Position numbers and translations under genes: made by a program. 64,000 bases of DNA from Isurus oxyrinchus (Eukaryota), in assembly GCA_026770705.1 (NCBI GenBank), contig JANJGN010000015.1, positions 118,978,001-119,042,000 on the forward strand, given 5' to 3'. The notes under the pieces are model-generated. The model did not search any database, was not told where the DNA came from, and was given only the letters and a program-made list of their open reading frames with translations. Positions 12,031 through 26,508 of this stretch are shown here, in pieces. Each line of letters starts with the position of its first letter. The first letter of the stretch is position 1.

Positions 12031-13212
12031 GAGGTTCAACCTCAATATAGGCTAAACCGCAACATTATTACATACCTTTGAAGTCCCCCAAGGACCTCTT
12101 ACCATGTTAAAATTGCTACATAAATGTAAATTATCAATTAGGTCTCTGCAGTGCACAATGGAAAGTTGGGGGGGGGGGAGCGGAAGGGGGAGTTCTGCAC
12201 AGATAAACAACCAGCAAGCATTGTTAATGGGGAAAAGGGTTGTCTCTCCAGAGACAACTGCAACTCTCATACCCAGTATAATAATGCCTTAATTCAGTTT
12301 GTTCATTTGCCAATGATGGGTGCTAGCAGCCAGGAGACCAAGGGGTTGGCATATAATGATGACCAAATTCACGGATTAACAAGAATGAAAAACCATTCCA
12401 GGTTTCTGCAATGACAATCCACAATGGATTGCAATAATTAACAGAGGCCCATTATTCTACAAGTTTATTTACAGAACATAGTGAAATACTTTTATGGTTA
12501 TATGTATTCAACCGAATGTGACTTTACATGTTATAGTCTGTCCAAATAAATTATTTTTTCACAAAACTGATAGTGTGGACATTTTTAAAAGTCAGAGAAG
12601 CAAATTGACCATGTTCAGGGAAAGGGAATCATGAATAACCCTCATCCAGTACAGCAGCAATTAATCACAACTTAATCTTGTGGACCATACCAATATGATC
12701 AAACAGGGATTAGAGGCAAAAGGTTTTGTGCAGAAATAAATGAGTACATTTCGCAGGCATTTTGCTTGGAGAAACTGAGCATACTTTCTGTATCTGAGCA
12801 CCTCTCTCACATGTACAGGCTAGTTCAAAGCACAGATTATGTGAAGTGTGCATTAAGAGCCTTAACTCAGGCTGAAGTGATTTGCCCCATTGTAGATTTG
12901 TTGCCTTTACAGCAGGAGGAGAAGGGCAGGAGCAGGTTTAAGAGGGTTAAAGGGTTTTGATGGAATGAACATGCAGCAATTACCCTTTAATCTTCCACAC
13001 TACCTACCTTTGCTTCTTTGACTCAAATGAACAACTTAATGCAAATTTGTTACCAAACTCAGCACTTGTATGCAATGGACTGACATCACTCCAGGAACAA
13101 GGGCTTTTGTTTCTGGCAGGAAAAAAATGGACTTTGGTCCCAATAGTCTGGTTTAACTTTCAACTGGAGTCACAAGCAGAAGGGCATTATGCTAATTCCC
13201 CATTGCCATCTG

Positions 13213-13870
13213 GGGCAGGATTTCCCCCCCCACAGGCTTCATGACCATGCCCGCCAGCTCCAATAGGGGCCAGAAGCCTGCACAGTGTGGGGAGCAGTCA
13301 TTCATCAGTGATTTTCCCTGAAATGACCAATTAGTGACCAAAGAGCAGGCCCACTTGTCCAATTTAGGATGGTGGGCAGGCTCTCGAAGCTGGAGGGTGA
13401 GGTCAGAAGAAGCAGCAGTCAGCCTTTGCAGCTAAGTGGGAAGTAGGGGGGGGGGGGGAGGGGAGGTGGGTAAAACGGAGATGTCCCTTCTCCAACTTAT
13501 TAAAATAAAAAATGGCCTCAGCAGCTGGGCCACCATTGTCGGAGGAGGGGAGGAGGGGGAACCCTTTTAAAGGGCGCCCCGAGGCTGCACCTGAAGCTAA
13601 GCAGGGAGGAAGGGCCTCTAAACTGGCGTAAGCTGGTCACCCAGTCGGCCGCCACAAGGCAGCTACACTGCTCCCTGACATCTCTGGGAACAGGAAGCCA
13701 ACTGCTTTACTAGGCCCCTTAAATAGTTAAATTGAACACCAGCCCGTTGAGTTGGGGTGCGGGGGGGGGGGGTTGGTATGAAGCTGGGAAATGGGCACAT
13801 CACGAGCATTGTGAAATTCTGTGCCTGCCTACCTCTGTGCCCAGCCCCTTGTGGCCTAAAAACCCTGCCT
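13213..13870. mobile_element. GC-rich MITE, PIF/Harbinger-like
   Basis: Ends GGGCAGGATTT / AAAACCCTGCCT; GC-rich body with G-runs. Confidence 0.6.
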
Positions 13871-14828
13871 TTCATTTTCTTAGAACTAAATAGGAGGTTA
13901 ACTTTAAACATACTCTTGTCTTTATATTCTTCTATTTAAGATTGTGGTCTCCAATTTCACCCATGCATGATCGATTTTACAGGCAGTAAACAGCCTTCTA
14001 AACTTCCAATAAGGCGAGCAGGAAGGCCACTTTCATTACTGGCCAGAAGAGAAATGCCCTTCATAGTCAGATAGTCAAAAATTGGACAATGTCTAAAACA
14101 GAGGCTAACTCCGTATTTGCATAATAAAGTTAATTTGTGGTTATGTCTCCCATCCCCACCACCACCACCATCCCCCCCCAACATTGCCTGGTGGTAACCC
14201 AGTAACCAGCTGCATTAAGGAAAACATGGTTTACGTTTGGTCTAACCAGCAGTCCTCAAAAGGAACCACCACAGGTCACCTCCAACATAATTACCCGAAT
14301 GTACCTCCTAATCCCACACAAACTATGTAGCCCACTGCTCCTTCCTCCTACTGCAATCTTGACACCCTGCACACCACCACACCCCTTCCCAATCACTGCC
14401 ATCACCTTACCTCCCAATTTCAGTCACTGATGCCACTTTCTTGTTTTCCACCTTCACCCATTCGTCCTTACAATGTACCTGAGGGATCGTGCCGGCAAAA
14501 CACCACCTAATCTTCGAAGCTTTTTTGTTTGTTTGCTGCCTGGTGAAGTCTATTAGATGGCTTGACAATAATGAGGCTGGAGGCCCAATATCATTAGTGC
14601 CTTGAGCATATTCAATCAGGTGCAGAGATTGCTCCCAGTGGCCTCTGCATGCTCACTTTTTGGGCATGCTCTCATTTCTAGGCCTTAAATTTATCTTTTT
14701 TCCAATTTTGCTCTTTTTTTCCTCCCTCTCTCTTGCTGTGGTGTAATTCCATAGACAATAGCAGCCATCTGGTATCTGTCCGAAATGACCATTCACCCCA
14801 TATGAGCTAAGACCCTAACAGGACAACA

Positions 14829-14985
14829 GTGTAAAAATGATAGCGAGTTGATAGCCCATTTTACATCTCTCCTGATTTTTTACTTCTATTGAAGGCAATG
14901 CAAGAAAGAACCAGGAGAGGTGTAAAACAGGCCATCAACTCACTACTATCAGTTTTACACTATCGCACAAAGTCAAGATCTGCCC
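14829..14985. mobile_element. Hairpin (fold-back) MITE remnant
   Basis: Imperfect inverted arms AGTGTAAAA...AGTTGAT...TTTTACATCTCTCCTG / CAGGAGAGGTGTAAAA...ATCAACT...TTTTACACT around a centre near 14890; right terminus ..GATCTGCCC. Confidence 0.7.
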
Positions 14986-16546
14986 TAGGAGTGTTTATGG
15001 GTTAATTTGATCATCAGGGTGTCAGAGTCAAGCTTGATCATGATCTCACCAGATGTCTTCACTTTGCCTGAAGAGGCTCATTTGTTAGCAACAACAAACG
15101 GATGCAACCAGATGATTTCTACCATCTCAACTCTTGTTCCAGCTCTCAACTATTTGGCAGATTAGAACCAATCCTGCGGCTTATTGATCTGTAGGTTTTA
15201 TGCTATACAGTTAGGTTTTTATTATTATATTTAAGGTTGATTATGTTTAAATTTATCTTTATGATTGGGAGGGAGAGCACTATAGTGAAGAAACACTAGC
15301 CCTAGTTACAGATTATAGAGACAGTGAACGACATAGGATGCTTCAGATGCCTTCGTCAATTCACTTTTCCTCAAACCCTGGCAAATCATTTTGTTTCCAA
15401 TTATATCAGTATTCTGTAAAAATATTTAACAACGTAATATAAAGTGAATAACATACTTTAATGCTAACACCAGTCATTTTAAACTGAAAGGAAGTGCTTA
15501 TAATAAGACTCATGAAGTGTGACAGTATCCTGCCGTGTATAACGAATCACACCGGACAGATAAAAACCTCAAAATCCTCAATTCTGGCCCAGTTGGATCG
15601 GAATTCTGCACATTTATTTATCTAGCAAAATATATTTGCAAACACAGCATTAAGAAAGACAAATACACTTTATAATTTAATTAGGTATATTCTTTATTTT
15701 TAGATGCTGTTACATAGAGTTTAGATATTTCCCTGTGGCATTTGTTACAAACATTTGGAGTTACATTGTGTTATCAGAAGCAATGTAAGTACCAAGGAAC
15801 AGAAAATATACAAAAGCAGGCACAACCTCTTCCAAAACTGATTTGCGACCCATACATTTCTCTTTAACACCTCAAGTATTCTAATCAATTAATTAACTAT
15901 AACTTATTATATGCAAGAGGAGGTATGCTTTGTTCAGGTGTTTTGTAGATCATGGAATTTCTAATATCTTAAGTTTAACTCTTTATAAGAACTGGACTCA
16001 AACAATTAGCTTGAATATCCCTGAAGTGGAGTGTCTTTATAGAACTCTGTTCAGCCAGCTTTGTAACAAGAATTGAGGCTATTAGCATTTTTCATTATAA
16101 ATACCCAATCCATTAAGTTACCCTTTTCATTAGTTTTCCACTAATAATAATTTCAAAACTAGCTGATGCCCCATGTAAATGTAATTTGTTTTAGCTCAAA
16201 AACTATGCTTTTTGTTCCTTCTTACCCAATATACTTTTAAGTGGTACCTAGAATTCAATTGCTTGCACCTTATCAAAATCAGCAAATGGCCTCCATTTCT
16301 TCTTCTCCTTTAGGGTTCCTGTTTCGTCAATGAAGTGGACTGATGGATACGCTACCTCTTCAAGGCCTCTTTAAAATTAACTAATAGAAGATGTGTTAAG
16401 AGTGGTGGGATGACATACCTTCTACCTTCCCATCCATTTCCTGTGAAGATCTGGCTGAAAATGAGGTACTGATTACGGGCATAATCTTGAGCAACAAAGC
16501 ACATTGAAAGATATAGGCCTGCCACTCGAGATTCTAATACCCTGTT

Positions 16547-16548
<2 letters not shown>

Positions 16549-16577
<29 letters not shown>
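16549..16577. repeat. (TA)n microsatellite
   Basis: Direct reading. Confidence 0.95.
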
Positions 16578-17129
16578 GCTTTCAAAATCTTGGACTAGAC
16601 ATATTTTGAGATCAAATATCCATTTGAAATTATAAATTATTATAATATATTCGGCTAACTGTAGAAATGCACAACTTTAAATCGCAAGACTGTCATTTAC
16701 TTTGTGATATTCAAAGAAAATAACAGTCAGTCCCAACACAGCTGCAACATTGATTCTTTATCACTGTTGAAACATCTGATTAATCAGGTTACAGGTTTAA
16801 ATGCCAAATTTGTTTTTCAAGCAGTGGAATGTGCATATTTTGTGGAAAATGGCTGAACTACAACTGAGAAAATCACAAGGTGCTGCATTTGTACCATTCA
16901 GTTCTCTCACTGCAAAATATTCCCCTTTATTAAGGTCGGTAACTCCAGGTTCAACTTGAACTGCGACACAAATGTTTCTACTTGACTACAAAGTCTGCAA
17001 TGCTGCACATATTTATGATGAATGACCAGAAAGAAAAAAAAACAATTTTATTTGGCAGATTTTTGACAATCCAGCAATCCTAATAGCATCATTGTTAAAC
17101 AACAACAAATAACCCCTGAGAGTTTTCCA

Positions 17130-17435
17130 CTGCCACTTTAAGCCCATGGAGATTGTTAGAATGGAATGTGAGGAGATCCCAAGGCATTATTTGAAGAGCA
17201 GCCATGGAATTTTCCTGGCTACCATTTATCCCTCAATCAACATGCCTTAAAACAAATTATCTGGCTATCTATCTCACTCCCATATGTGGAACCTTGCCCT
17301 GTACAAATTAATTGCCTTGTTTACCTATGAAATGACAGTGACTACACTTCAAAGCCAATTCACTGGTTGTGAAGTGCATTGAGATACCCTAAGGACATCA
17401 AAGGAGCCATATATAATTGCAAGTTCATTTGTTCT
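17130..17435 (+). mobile_element. Old SINE body/tail (same family as 58690 and 63110; DeuSINE/SacSINE1-like)
   Basis: ATCCCAAGGCATTATTTGAAGAGCAG...ATTTATCCCTCAATCAACA...GTGACTACACTTCAAA...CCATATATAATTGCAAGT. Confidence 0.65.
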
Positions 17436-18879
17436 TTTCAAGAGGTGAATGTCAATGCTCTCTCCCCATATCTCCAAAGTTATAGACCCAGCAAAGGAAA
17501 GGTCACAGAGATGACACATGGATATTGCTTACATTATAAACCGCAGAATTTGTAACTATTGGTTTGCAGTAGGTACTGTGCCACTCACTGCTCTATTCAA
17601 TAACTGCAGAATCCTGCTAGCAGCCAAATTAAATGAAACCTTTAAGGTCAGGGCTGTGACCTGGCTGATATTGTCTAGACTTCAGTTTTTTTTTTCCAGT
17701 TCCAGTTTTTTTTCTGTGAGCTAACCAAATTAAAATGTATATGGGCTCAGATTTTGTAGTAGCAATGACAACGAAACTGACAGTGTTCGCCATCCTTATT
17801 TCTCTGAAACCGACAGCAATTTCTGAGTCCACACATACATAGTTAAATGAGAGTCTTGAAATTTGTTGTCAGTAATTCTAAGCTTCTCCATAGTGTGTGC
17901 TATTAGAAGTCCCTGCACATGGCAATCAATTAGAAATCACTGAGCTGATGAGAACTTTCACTGTTATCCTTAACATTGCTGTTAAAAATGCCTAAAAAAG
18001 GTTATGCCTTGTTAATGAAGTGTAACTAGGATTTTAATTGCATACTGAGTCATAACTAATGTTTAAGCCCAGCCCTAAAAAGTTCATTTTATAATTGTGT
18101 AACATCAAATGTTTCCATTCTAATAAAAAATCCATAGTTTTAATGTTTTTTTTTCAAATTTTCACATTTTAGCTTCTAAAATGTATATACCCCAATAATT
18201 ATTTCATTCTCTGTAAAATCCATAAGTTAAAGGTAATTACTTCATTTTATTTCCTGTTTTGCTGTCTGTGAGAATTCTTTAATGTGTTTGGCCTCTTACC
18301 CTGTTTGATGACATCAATGCTGCCAGGTGCCTGAAGCACCAGATTGAAATTAACATCAGAGAAAATGAAATACATGCCAGACAGTTTGCTGGAACCTTAT
18401 GGACAGCCTTCTTCACAATCAGTAGTGAGCAATATAACAGCTGGTGGCTGCAAAATCCAGGCCATAGTCCAGTCAACAACAAAACATCTGCTTTTAATGC
18501 ATGTAATCTCCCCTTCAGGATTACATTGACCAAACTTATCTGAGAGCACCTTTTCACCAACTATAAGCTACATAGTCAATGCATGTGACAGAAGCCTGCA
18601 AGTGTGAACCTGGAAATCAAGGTGAGCTAACCACTGCTGTGGCACATCTGATAAGGAAACATACAACTTCGACAATGTTGTTTTACTATCCATGTACAGT
18701 GATCCCACATTCCACAATCTGAAGGCCAATGCTCAGGTAGACCCCATCTGATGAACAATTTGAACTCTGGCACTGGGCTGTTCCTGACAATCATTTTGGA
18801 CTGAATTATAGCCTGGTGGCAAGTTGTGTGCGCTGTGGGCAGTGGGGGAGATGGGGACTGATGTGTGGCTAGGAAAGCC

Positions 18880-19478
18880 GGTAGAACAGTTTTCCCAAAT
18901 GTCCTGCATAATTTAAATGGATGGCCTTTAAGTTGGGTTCCCACACACAGGCGACCTTCACTGACAGGTTGGGGGCTTTTCAGGCTGGAAGCCTGTTTCA
19001 CAGGGCCAAAGTCTAGAAGAACGCAGATAGATATACTGAGATTGAGAGAGAGATTCTGGTTGGTGATGGGGGTTCAGATCGTGGGGAAGAGCAGCAGGAG
19101 CATTTACTGGATAAATTTTTGGACCTGAAGGAAACACTCCTGCTCCTCCTGGCCAACGCAGTGTTGTAAAGGCATTTAACCTCATGGATTCAGCCCCATT
19201 GACCTCTTTTAAGTTGCTGAGTTTCCCAAGGTTTGGGGAACCCAGCCACCTGTGGTTAAAAATAGAATAGCTGTTAAAGTGAAGACGTAAGTACAGTCTC
19301 ATTATAATTTAAATATCTAACCCGCTTCCCGCGAGCAGGTTGGTCACCTGACCCTCATTACACCTCTGTTAAAACCAGAAGTGGGCGGGTTTGGTTCCGG
19401 TTCCGGTTCCAGGCTTTTTGCATTTTAACCTCCATTACATGCCAACCCATCCATTTTGGGAATTAAGGTTCGGCCCCT
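18880..19478. mobile_element. GC-rich MITE-like element
   Basis: GC-rich segment with family-like motifs ending ..AAGGTTCGGCCCC; left TIR degraded. Confidence 0.45.
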
Positions 19479-20687
19479 TGAATCTACTCTTCTAACCCCT
19501 TCCAAGCCCCACAGCAAAAGATTTAAGACTTATACTTAAGACTTTACATAATCAATTCTTCGTAATCGTATCACAACTATATTTTAATGAATAAAGCAGT
19601 AGGAATATTTCATAAAACTATGATACATATTCTGGGCTACAACAACCTGCATTTAATGAATCTTTATGAAAATAAAAGCAGTTTACGAAAATATCCAAGT
19701 ACAAATAGAATGCACCAAAATCAAAGGGTAAAATAATGCAGTTAAATAATTTAATAAACTGAAGCTCTATTATCCCACTACCTTTGCTAACGAATGAAAA
19801 CTGTACAAGTATATGGTCAGGGAGATACCAGCTACAACCAAAATCTATGATGATTTGAGACTTATGGAAGTGTCAAGAGATGGTTGTAATGCATGCTCAA
19901 CGCAAAGATAGAAAACATTTTTAAAATTTACAGACAATTCTGAGTCTTTTGAATATTTACGTAGACTTTGATCCTTTTCCAAGAGGATGTGCTTTATCAC
20001 AAAAGCTGAATTATAAGGAAAAATAAACAACAGAATATATGGATAAATCCTCATAGTCCATCAGATTAAACTCTGGATGATGAACAGGACCTATGTATTG
20101 CATCATCTAAACAGAGAATTTCAACAGCATGAAACTAGAAACTATCCTGTTGATGTGTATCTTTGGTGCAGGTGTGTAAAATGTTAATCAGTAAGCTTAG
20201 TTCTCTTTCAAGGCAGTTTGACATAAATTCTGAAAAGCAGTAGCACAGGTTCTTCTCCATGCATGCCCTTTTTCTGCTGAATAATGCTGTTAGACATTAA
20301 CAGGCCAGACGTATTAAAGTTGCACTTTGAACTGATGCACTTGAATGGGCTTCAGAGACACACCCAAACTGCAGTGCACAGCCCAAGCTCAACTCCTGGA
20401 CTGGCTCACCTACAAAAATGGCACTGATTGCTAAGTTTGGCTGGAACGCCTCCCACAAGGTGAAGAACTTATGACATGAGATCAACGGCATTACCAGACA
20501 GTATTAGACTTAAATAGCTATATCTAACCTTGCCTGGTAAGACATCAATCAACATGCAGTCAGCTTGGACAATCAGTAACCTTTGGCCGGTGATTTATAC
20601 TGGAATTGCGACCACTATAGAAGGAGTTATATTCTCAGAGGCTATTTTGAGAAAATGAAGGTAAATAAAAAGAAATCCAAACTGTAC

Positions 20688-20719
20688 CTCCTCAACGTTT
20701 TTTCCACAACACCTCTCAT
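20688..20719 (-). CDS. Candidate short alternative first coding exon (MRGVVEKTLR + AG, phase 2)
   Basis: ATG AGA GGT GTT GTG GAA AAA ACG TTG AGG AG|gtacag on the minus strand in non-repeat DNA; donor only moderate. Confidence 0.3.
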
Positions 20720-21709
20720 TTAGATGAAGTTTGTTAAACGATGAAATAACACTGTAATTACACATAATAATTCAGAAGGAGATTACAATCAGTGCCCTGT
20801 GAGCATCTTATATTCAACTGACCAAGGAACTGGCAGAAACTCCATTCAAACCAATACCCAATTGTTCTTATGCAGTTAATAAAACACACACACTAATAAA
20901 GTGTATTGTACCAGCACAGTTCCAGATTGTTGGCTTCATGCATGGATACAATGAGTAGGCAAAATAAGAGAGATTCATTTTAAACTAATTTCCATTGTGT
21001 GTGTGAACAATATTATTCAGGTTTACTTCACAGATTCATTGGACAAGACCATTGAAAATCATTCTTTAAAGTCATAATATCAGTAAATATTGCAAAAGAT
21101 CGGAGAAAAAAATTGTATTTTTTCAGCACCTTTCATTACCTCAGGATACCCTTTCCAGCTAATTATATACTTTTTAAAGTGTGGTCACTATTATAGGAAA
21201 TTTAATCACACATTCAAAGAAGCTTTCTGGTGGGAATAAAATTTCCTTTCAATTTATTTCTACTCCCATAGCATGTGACTTCTATAGTCTCTGGATGAGT
21301 GGGCAACTGGTACAGAAGCTTTTGTGAATAATTGCCACCTAGAAACTGACTATAGTACCAGGATATTCCATGGACTACCAATTTTTTTTGTATACTCCTA
21401 TTGGCATTCTAAGTTTTCCTACATATTAAGTAACAAATATCGGTATACTAAAATTAGACAAAGCAGTAAATTTTGTCTCTTGTATAATATCTGCTCATCA
21501 CCAGTGGATGGTGATAATTATTGCCAAAACATTTAACATTCTCATCAGGAAATCAATTCTGCTTCATGTACTTTAACTAAAATTATATTTAGATAAATTT
21601 TTAAGAAAGAAAAGAAAGGCCTTTCATCTACTAATATACTCCACTGCTATTACTGTCAGTGTAACACAGTTACTAAATTAATGGCCATACTAAAGTGGTA
21701 AGAAAGAGT

Positions 21710-21908
21710 TAAAAACAAAAAAACTGCAGATGCTGGAAATCCAAAACAAAAACAGAATTACCTGGAAAAACTCAGCAGGTCTGGCAGCATCGGCGGAGAA
21801 GAAATATGTTCTGTTGAAGGGACATGAGGACTTGAGACGTCAATTCTTTTCTTCTCCGCCAATGCTGCCAGACCTGCTGAGTTTTTCCAGGTAATTCTGT
21901 TTTTGCTT
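21710..21908. mobile_element. Short Penelope-derived fold-back insertion
   Basis: Forward and inverted copies of the PLE terminal repeat; TSD TGGTAAGAAAGA at 21696-21707 and 21909-21920; decayed hammerhead at 21808-21845. Confidence 0.88.
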
Positions 21909-23568
21909 TGGTAAGAAAGAATACTAGCACAACAGGAAGGCACAACAGAAAGTGAATCACTGGAGAGGATTCCATATCCAAGGAGTTACTCCCTTTGCTT
22001 GATGCGCCCAGGTAAAAATCATAGACATTTTAGCAGTTCAACCCGATGGACTACAGGTTAAATTAATTAGGAAATTTATGTGATACTAAGGTCAGTTTCT
22101 GCTTCTTCCATTTTTGGGTTCAATATCAGCATTACACTGCATGCCAGACCAGCATTCTTAGCCTGGCAAGAGTTCTGCGTGTTTTGTTTGCAGGCTCAGT
22201 TAATATTAAACAAAGGATTAGGCACTTCTCACGCAATACCTGCACCCAGTAACCAAACACAGATAAGCACAGGCATTCTGGGAAAATATGAACCAGTTCG
22301 GCCTGTGACACTTGATGCAGCCTTGATTAATATATATTGTGATGTTAACCACAATAAATCCCACCTAGAATCAAATACTATGAAAGGCAGATAACCGGAC
22401 AATGGAGAGACAGTAATGCCACAAATGGGGATTCTGTGTTTCTTGAGTCTCCCTTGTCTTTTGTCACTGGTTTGCTTAGTACTCTATCAACATAGGTCTT
22501 CTACTCCAAATGAGGGTGGAGTACAATCTCATCATGGTAAAACCAACAAATAAATCCATTAGGTTTAGCACAAGGAAGAATCAACTAGTTTCCTCTGAAC
22601 TGTTAATACAAAGGGACCTGCTTACACTTCAGTTTCCAGCGTGACAAAATATCTACACCTGAAACATTAACTATTTCTCTTATCCAACATTTTCTACTTC
22701 AGTGTCTACTGTACTCAGAGCACACTGCTGAACTGGGCAAGAAGTCTTAGTTTGGGTATAATAATTTAGTTTGATAGTGAATGAGACAAATCAATGCATT
22801 AGATTCAACTGAGTAACTAAGGTATCGTTATAATAACCCATTAGGTTACACAAACAAGATTAATTTAAGTCACCTGAATTGAAGAGCTTATGTTAAAATC
22901 CTAAAGTAGCCAAAAGATTTTGTGGTTTACTATTATATAAAATGATGTGAATTTAGGGAGAAATTATTTTTTGATTAGTTCACAGGTCTTTTTCAGCTTT
23001 GCGCAACCTAAGTAATCGTACATGAAATTTAATGGATGGTACGTCACCTTTTATCTAAAAAACAGGAAAACAATAAAGATTATACTGACAAATGTATTTC
23101 AATGATTCATTCTTCTTAACTCCACTCATAATCACACGATTCTGTCTGAGGTTTCTTTACTCTTCGTCCTATCGTTCCTGAAATACTAGATTTTGCTCTG
23201 TGGGTAGTGGTAGCCCTCCTGTACTTAACCCAACAGGTTATTCTCTAATTGTTGGTAGGCACCTAGCCGAAGAGGGAGAAAACCAATGTGGCACTGAGAT
23301 ATGCAGTATTTGCCGCATATTTGCACTTTCAGTTAAAAGTCCTGTCATCTCATTTTTCATCTATGAAATTACCGTTTCAGGTTTTGGTCAGGAGGGGATA
23401 GGTAGCTTGTTTTTTAGGCAGCAGTGAGGAAGTAGAAGCCAGAATGATGATTGGAAGGAGAACAGTTTGCATCTTTAGGCAGTCTAAGGAGAGGCACAAC
23501 AGCAAGCCTGGGACAATGAATAGGTTTTTCATAAAGGGAATGGCTGGGACTTCAAATACAAATACAAA

Positions 23569-24252
23569 GGGCTGAATTTTGCCACAGAGGGAGAGGCTGA
23601 TATGTGGTGGGGGGGAGTCCGTGGAAACTCAGATAATCTGTCCCGCTGCCGGATGAGTTTCCCAGGGGCAGGCTGCCATGGGAATCAGCAACCCGCTCAC
23701 GGAGGTGGGCAACAAAATAGGCCAATTAAAGCCCTACTTCAGGGCCAATTTCAGAGTAGGCCAGCATTGTTTCCATCATCAGGCCAGCACCTCACTAAGC
23801 AGCGACTTGGAGGAGGTCTCCCGGTAGCTGAACAGAGAGCTATCAGCGGCTCCTCTCATTGGCCCAATGAATAAGCCGCATGTACAAAAAGAGCACAGTC
23901 ACAGCCAAAATACAATCCGGTGGAGGACCCATCCCTCCACACTGATGATCCTAACAACTGTTGGCCACCTTTAATTTTAAAATGTTTAGCAACTTCCAAG
24001 AGCACCTCCATTTTGAGACGCCTTCACTTCTGCCTTCTGCCTCAGCAGTGCCCATCTCTCCTGACGCAGTGCTCTGGGTCCTCTGAATGAGCCTCCTGCC
24101 TCAGGAACTCACCTGCCATCCTTAATTGTATGGCGAACATCAAGGCGGCCAATTAGGAGCCTGCTTCTGGCAAAGTTGCTCGGGTGGGTGCCTTGACGTC
24201 AGACCTGAAAATGGTCCTGACGTTGGTTTCCTGACGCTCATGGGAAAATTCC
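23569..24252. mobile_element. GC-rich MITE, PIF/Harbinger-like
   Basis: Left TIR GGGCTGAATTTT, degraded right end GGGAAAATTCCC; internal GGCCAATTA motifs. Confidence 0.6.
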
Positions 24253-26452
24253 CAAGAGACCGCAGTTAATTTTAGGCTTAAAGTTTAATGTTGTGTTTAG
24301 AAATGTTAGTCTTGTCATCTCGGGGACTGATTGTGACCTCAGAAAAACGTTTCTTCCACTACTTGAAAAAACTTAAACAGGGAAATCACAGAATCATAGC
24401 ACAGAAGGAGGCCATCTGGCCCATCATGCCTCTCCCAGCTCTTTGAAACAATTGAATTAAAGTTACTCATCTGCTACTTTCTCATAGGTCTGCAATTTTC
24501 TCTCCTGCAAGAATTCAACATAATAGAATGGGTGTAAATTTTATTTGTCGCTTAATATCACAATTTTGAGATCATTAAAATATCCCATGCCAATTAGAGA
24601 TAGAGGCCACTCTTTACCTCCAAAGAAAAATTCAAAATTTGTACATGGTGAGGTAAAACAACTCTGGACTATTTAGTACTTCCGCTTGGTGGTTAGAAAG
24701 CTGCTCACTTTGTCTTTGCACCTCTGAATTTTCTGCCAAAACTTATTTGTCTTTTTCATTCTCTACCTGTCACCATAAAATAAACTGCCCTGAATTATGT
24801 CTTGGTTTCCCTTCCCCTCTCAAGGTTTCCTGCTTTGTATTGATTTTGCCCCTCTTAGTAAAGTGTTTCAAGTCGCTGGTTTGTATGAATAGTGCTATAT
24901 AAATACAAGCTATTGCGAATAGTTAATCTTTCACTTTTATGCAGATTATTAATGACATGCACAGAGAGCAGGACAAGTTAGCAAGGGCAAAAGTCTGGTG
25001 GTAAAGTTAGCATTCTTCATTATTCCTACGTATATAAAGGATTAAGATAAGAAAATGTCAACTATGGGATTTAAGCTCCTAAGGTCACAGTATTTCTGAT
25101 GAATTAGAGGATCAAGCTTTTTCACTTTGGCCACTTTGGCTTTCAAAGATAGCAAGGGACATCACAGGACAATTTGCACTCACTAACCCTGCAGTGTATA
25201 GTGCGATTTCATCTTATGAAGCCATTTTCAGGTTTTGTACTGTACAAAGTTCACAGCTAAATGGAAATTTAGAATGATTCAATGATGAATTGGGTCTCCA
25301 ATCTTCTGGTGGCAGATTTATTGTAAAAGAAAATAATAGCACTAAATTCTTCATTACCTGGTAATAAGCTGCACTTTATGGGCAATCATTTCAAATATTA
25401 GTCATCTTTACCTGTCTAAAGCCTCCTTTGTTCACCTTGGGACAACAATCCCTTGAACTGATTCAGCTAAGAATTAACCAGCTTCATGGCTGCATCAACC
25501 TATAAGCAATGCCACCCTGGATTTCAGCACATATTATCACTTCTCATTCTTTTCTGGTGTCTCATTATGTAATTCAAAGCAGGAAATAGTGATTAACAAT
25601 TCTTCAAAGTAATGTCTTTTCAATTACTTTTTTTTCAAAAAATTGTATGTTTTCAACACAGTTTTAATGTGATTACCTTCAAATATGTTGTGATAGGATG
25701 AATGACCACTAAATACTTGCAAATACATACTTTTAACCAGAGTATGTACACTTTCCCACTTCAGTTTCTGCTCTTATTAATCTCTTGGGGGTTACACAGA
25801 ATGCAGTGGCCTAGAATTTAGACAGTGTGCTCCAATGCCACCATTTGTCAGATCCTGTCTGGACACTGCTGTGCATCGAGACCCTAGGGAAGACTTCCCC
25901 ATCCAATTTTCAAAATTTGGCAGCATGGAGGTATTAAGCCTGTAGCCCACCAATATATATGTTCTAATACTTTCTCATGAGAAACTTATTTTTAATATTT
26001 GGTCAATTGCAAAGAACGTTAAACAATTTAAGCCACACGTTTTGGAATCCACAAAGAGGAAGAACTACATTCTACATACCAATAAGATCGCATGCAGGAA
26101 ATTTAATATGATTTTACTTGCCTGCAATTTCTGCATGGCAAGTTCTCAGTTTAAATTGATGCATGAAGTGAAGAGGGGACAGAATAATCAATAATCAGTG
26201 CAACCAAAAAAAAAGAGCGGGGGAAGTCAGTCAGGTATTAATTAGCCAATGCCAGTCTTCCACAACTTCTTGTGGCTGGTAAACAAGCAACAAGAGAGTT
26301 CTCTTGAGTAAGAAAGGACGGAGAAAAGATAGATGAGACTTGAAAAAGGGGGCAAAATATAAATAATGTATAGAATAAGTTTCTAAACATTTTTAAATAA
26401 AAATATAATAAGCATTTTTCTTTTCACATGAAATCTACTTACCACTACTTAC

Positions 26453-26508
26453 CCTCCTATAGCTGAAAGAAAAATGGTCTGGGCTGTAGACCAATTCACA
26501 ACTACCAT
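26453..26508 (-). CDS. Candidate alternative first coding exon (MVVVNWSTAQTIFLSAIG + GG, phase 2; frame open upstream to ATG 26661)
   Basis: Ends GGAGG|gtaagt (consensus donor); lies in a complex, CpG-retaining, non-repeat block. Confidence 0.4.

Noticed and set aside
13445-13472. G-run / G-quadruplex candidate
   Set aside because: Poly-G expansion inside a MITE; no evidence of function
25412-25499. Possible minus-strand exon (tag|GTTGATG...CAG|gtaaag)
   Set aside because: Weak pyrimidine tract and stops in all three frames; not supportable without RNA data
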